This document shows, one piece after another, positions 61,689 through 64,000 of a stretch of DNA of 64,000 bases. The translations under genes were made by a program, and so were the position numbers. Numbering within the stretch: position 1 is the stretch's first letter; each line of letters opens with the position of its first letter. Origin of the DNA: Alphaproteobacteria bacterium (GTDB taxonomy: Bacteria; Pseudomonadota; Alphaproteobacteria; SMXQ01); NCBI GenBank assembly GCA_033720855.1, contig JAWWBR010000001.1:2847-66846 (forward strand), given 5' to 3'. Below the pieces are notes generated by a model. It made no database searches. It was not told where the DNA came from and was given only the letters and a program-made list of their open reading frames with translations.

Positions 61689-62906
61689 ATGGAAGAAGAG
61701 TTTCATAGGATAGAGCGCCTGCCGCCCTATGTGTTCGCCGAAGTCAACGAGATGAAGGCGCGCGCCCGCGCGGCCGGCGAAGACATCATCGATTTCGGCA
61801 TGGGCAATCCGGATCAGCCGACGCCGGGCCATATCGTCGAGAAATTGGTCGAGGTCGCGCGCGACGGCCGCACCCACCGCTATTCCAACTCGCGCGGCAT
61901 CCCCGGGCTGCGGCGCGCGCACGCGGCCTATTACGAGCGCCGATTCAACGTCAGCATCGATCCCGAATCCGAGAACATCGTGACCCTCGGGTCCAAGGAA
62001 GGGCTGGCCAACCTGGCCCAGGCGATCACCACCCCGGGCGACATGGTGCTGGCGCCCAATCCGAGCTACCCGATCCATCCCTACGGGTTCATCATCGCCG
62101 GCGCCAATGTCCATCACGTCCCCATCGGCCCGGATCACGACTTCCTCCAGGGCCTGGAGCGCGGCGTCAAGCAGGCGGTCCCGCCGCCCAAGGCGCTGAT
62201 CCTCAACTTCCCCGCCAACCCCACCGCCCAGGTGGTGGATCTCGATTTCTACGGCCAGGTGGTGGAGTTCTGCCGGCATCACAACATCTTCGTGTTGTCC
62301 GACCTGGCCTATGCCGAGATCTATTACGACGCGCCGCCGCCTTCGATCCTGCAGATCCCCGGCGCCAAGGAGATCGCCGTCGAATTCACCTCGGTCAGCA
62401 AGACCTACAACATGCCGGGCTGGCGGATCGGCTTCGCGGCCGGCAACAAGCGCCTGATCCACGCGCTGACGCGCATCAAGTCGTACCTGGATTACGGTGC
62501 CTTCACGCCGATCCAGGCGGCCGCGGCGGCGGCGCTCAACGGGCCGCAGGATTGCGTCGATGAGATCCGCGCGCTCTATCGCGAGCGCCGCGACGTCCTG
62601 GTCAAGGGCCTGGCGGAAGCCGGCTGGGAGGTGCCCCCGCCGCCGGCGACGATGTTCGCCTGGGCGCCCCTGCCGCCCCATTTCGCCGATTTGGGATCTC
62701 TCGAATTTTCCAAACTGCTGCTGCGCGAGGCCAAGGTCGCGGTGTCGCCGGGCATGGGTTTCGGCGAATACGGCGACGGCCATGTCCGCATCGCGCTGGT
62801 CGAGAACACCCAGCGCATTCGCCAGGCGGTGCGCAACATCAAGCAGTTCTTCCGCTCGGAGGGCGTCCTTCCCGAGGACGGGGACAAAAAGGTCGCGGCC
62901 TCTTGA
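61689..62906 (+). CDS. Class I/II pyridoxal-phosphate aminotransferase (AlaC/DapL-like)
   Basis: ATG 61689 in frame with track ORF 61674..62906. RLPPYVFAEV, GNPD and PLP-Lys context SVSKTYNMPGWRIG. Confidence 0.88.
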   Translation: MEEEFHRIERLPPYVFAEVNEMKARARAAGEDIIDFGMGNPDQPTPGHIVEKLVEVARDGRTHRYSNSRGIPGLRRAHAAYYERRFNVSIDPESENIVTLGSKEGLANLAQAITTPGDMVLAPNPSYPIHPYGFIIAGANVHHVPIGPDHDFLQGLERGVKQAVPPPKALILNFPANPTAQVVDLDFYGQVVEFCRHHNIFVLSDLAYAEIYYDAPPPSILQIPGAKEIAVEFTSVSKTYNMPGWRIGFAAGNKRLIHALTRIKSYLDYGAFTPIQAAAAAALNGPQDCVDEIRALYRERRDVLVKGLAEAGWEVPPPPATMFAWAPLPPHFADLGSLEFSKLLLREAKVAVSPGMGFGEYGDGHVRIALVENTQRIRQAVRNIKQFFRSEGVLPEDGDKKVAAS

Positions 62907-64000
62907 GCCCGCCTCTCAAGATTGCCATCGCCGGGCTCGGCACCGTGGGGGCGGCGACCGTGGGGCTCATCCAAGGGCACAGATCCCTGCTCGCGGCGCG
63001 CTGTGGGCGCGAGATCGTCATCTCTGCCGTGTCGGCCCGGGACCGCAAGCGCGACCGCGGCCTCGACCTCGGCGGTATCGACTGGGAGGACGACCCCTTG
63101 GCCCTGGCCGGGCGGCAGGATATCGATGCCGTGGTCGAACTGATCGGCGGCGCCGACGGCATCGCCAAGGAACTGGTCGAGGCGTCGCTGTCCCAGGGGC
63201 GACATGTGGTCACAGCCAACAAGGCCCTGATTGCCCATCATGGTACCGCCCTTGCCCGTCTGGCCGAGGACAAGGGGGTGTCGCTGTGTTACGAGGCGGC
63301 GGTGGCGGGCGGCATTCCCATCGTCAAGGCCCTGCGCGAGGGTCTGGCGGGAAACGCCATCAGTCGCGTCTATGGGATTCTCAACGGCACCTGCAACTAT
63401 ATCCTGACCATCATGCGGGAAAGCGGCCGCGAGTTCGACGACGTGCTGGCGGAGGCGCAGGCGCTCGGCTATGCCGAGGCCGATCCCGGCTTCGACATCG
63501 ACGGCGTCGATGCCGCCCACAAGCTTGCCATCCTGACGGCGCTGGCCTTCGGCACCGAGGTGAACTTCGACGCCGTCCATATCGAAGGCATCCGCGGCGT
63601 GACCGCCGACGATATCCGCTTCGCCGAGGAGCTGGGCTACCGGATCAAGCTGCTCGGCATCGCCAGCCGCGCCGAGCATGGAATCGAGCAGCGGGTTCAT
63701 CCCTGCCTGGTCGCACGGACGGCGCCCATCGCTCATGTCGAGGATGTCTACAACGCGGTGGTGGCCGAAGGCGATCAGGTGGGCACCACCGTGTACCAGG
63801 GCCGGGGCGCCGGCGGCGGTCCCACGGCTTCGGCGGTGGCGGCCGATATCCTCGATATTGCCCGGGGCGATCACGTGCCCACCTTCGCGGTTCCGGCCGG
63901 CCGCCTTGCGCCCTCGGACCCCGCGCCCATGGAGCGGCATTTCGGGGCCTTCTATATCTGCCTGACCGTTCGCGACCAGCCGGGGGTGATGGCGGAGATC
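62903..64000 (+). CDS. hom: Homoserine dehydrogenase (partial, continues beyond window end)
   Basis: Open frame with no stop before 64000, so it is absent from the track. My translation from TTG 62903 (overlapping the upstream stop) is LKIAIAGLGTVG.., VTANKALIA, LNGTCNYILT, EADPGFDIDGVDAAHKLAIL. Confidence 0.88.
   Translation, partial: MSPPLKIAIAGLGTVGAATVGLIQGHRSLLAARCGREIVISAVSARDRKRDRGLDLGGIDWEDDPLALAGRQDIDAVVELIGGADGIAKELVEASLSQGRHVVTANKALIAHHGTALARLAEDKGVSLCYEAAVAGGIPIVKALREGLAGNAISRVYGILNGTCNYILTIMRESGREFDDVLAEAQALGYAEADPGFDIDGVDAAHKLAILTALAFGTEVNFDAVHIEGIRGVTADDIRFAEELGYRIKLLGIASRAEHGIEQRVHPCLVARTAPIAHVEDVYNAVVAEGDQVGTTVYQGRGAGGGPTASAVAADILDIARGDHVPTFAVPAGRLAPSDPAPMERHFGAFYICLTVRDQPGVMAEI

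Overview
This is a GC-rich chromosome segment. Gene order and protein families point to an alphaproteobacterium, possibly Rhodospirillales-like, but that is inference only. I can support about 70 protein genes, one tRNA-Pro(GGG), several clean intrinsic terminators and a few candidate regulatory sites.

Two stretches, 0-30 kb and 46-64 kb, are mostly conserved housekeeping and transport operons:
- bpt, motAB, hemB and a livHMGF-livK ABC operon.
- rpiB-glyA-nrdR-ribD-ribE-ribH-nusB-thiL, then the H+-pyrophosphatase hppA and bamE.
- yceD-rpmF-plsX-fabH-ihfA-merR-tRNA-Pro.
- metY, rplM-rpsI, argC and a partial hom running off the 3' end.

The stretch from tRNA-Pro to about 46 kb looks accessory:
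- A Sel1-repeat protein, an Hsp20, and a regulator-less cluster of catabolic-type enzymes.
- cbpAM, a GAF-adenylate cyclase and OsmC.
- A secreted beta-helix protein and an OxyR-like LTTR.

By eye, 40.5-45.9 kb has lower G+C and more A/T-ending codons than the rest.

I found no CRISPR array, transposase, integrase, phage gene, or recognisable defence or toxin-antitoxin module. I cannot point to a clear novel system.

The most unusual loci are:
1. An OxyR-family regulator that lacks the sensing Cys. It is divergently paired, through a T-N11-A box, with an unannotated 42-codon membrane peptide that has its own terminator.
2. An AT-rich leader ending in a perfect 20-bp palindromic terminator immediately upstream of the beta-helix gene.
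3. A Sel1-repeat protein carrying an HExxH domain, next to tRNA-Pro.
4. An aldo/keto reductase with a Tat-type signal.
5. Two small uncharacterised ORFs embedded in the liv operon.

Many long track ORFs are antisense or out-of-frame artefacts of the high G+C and were not called. Start codons were chosen by eye and may be off.
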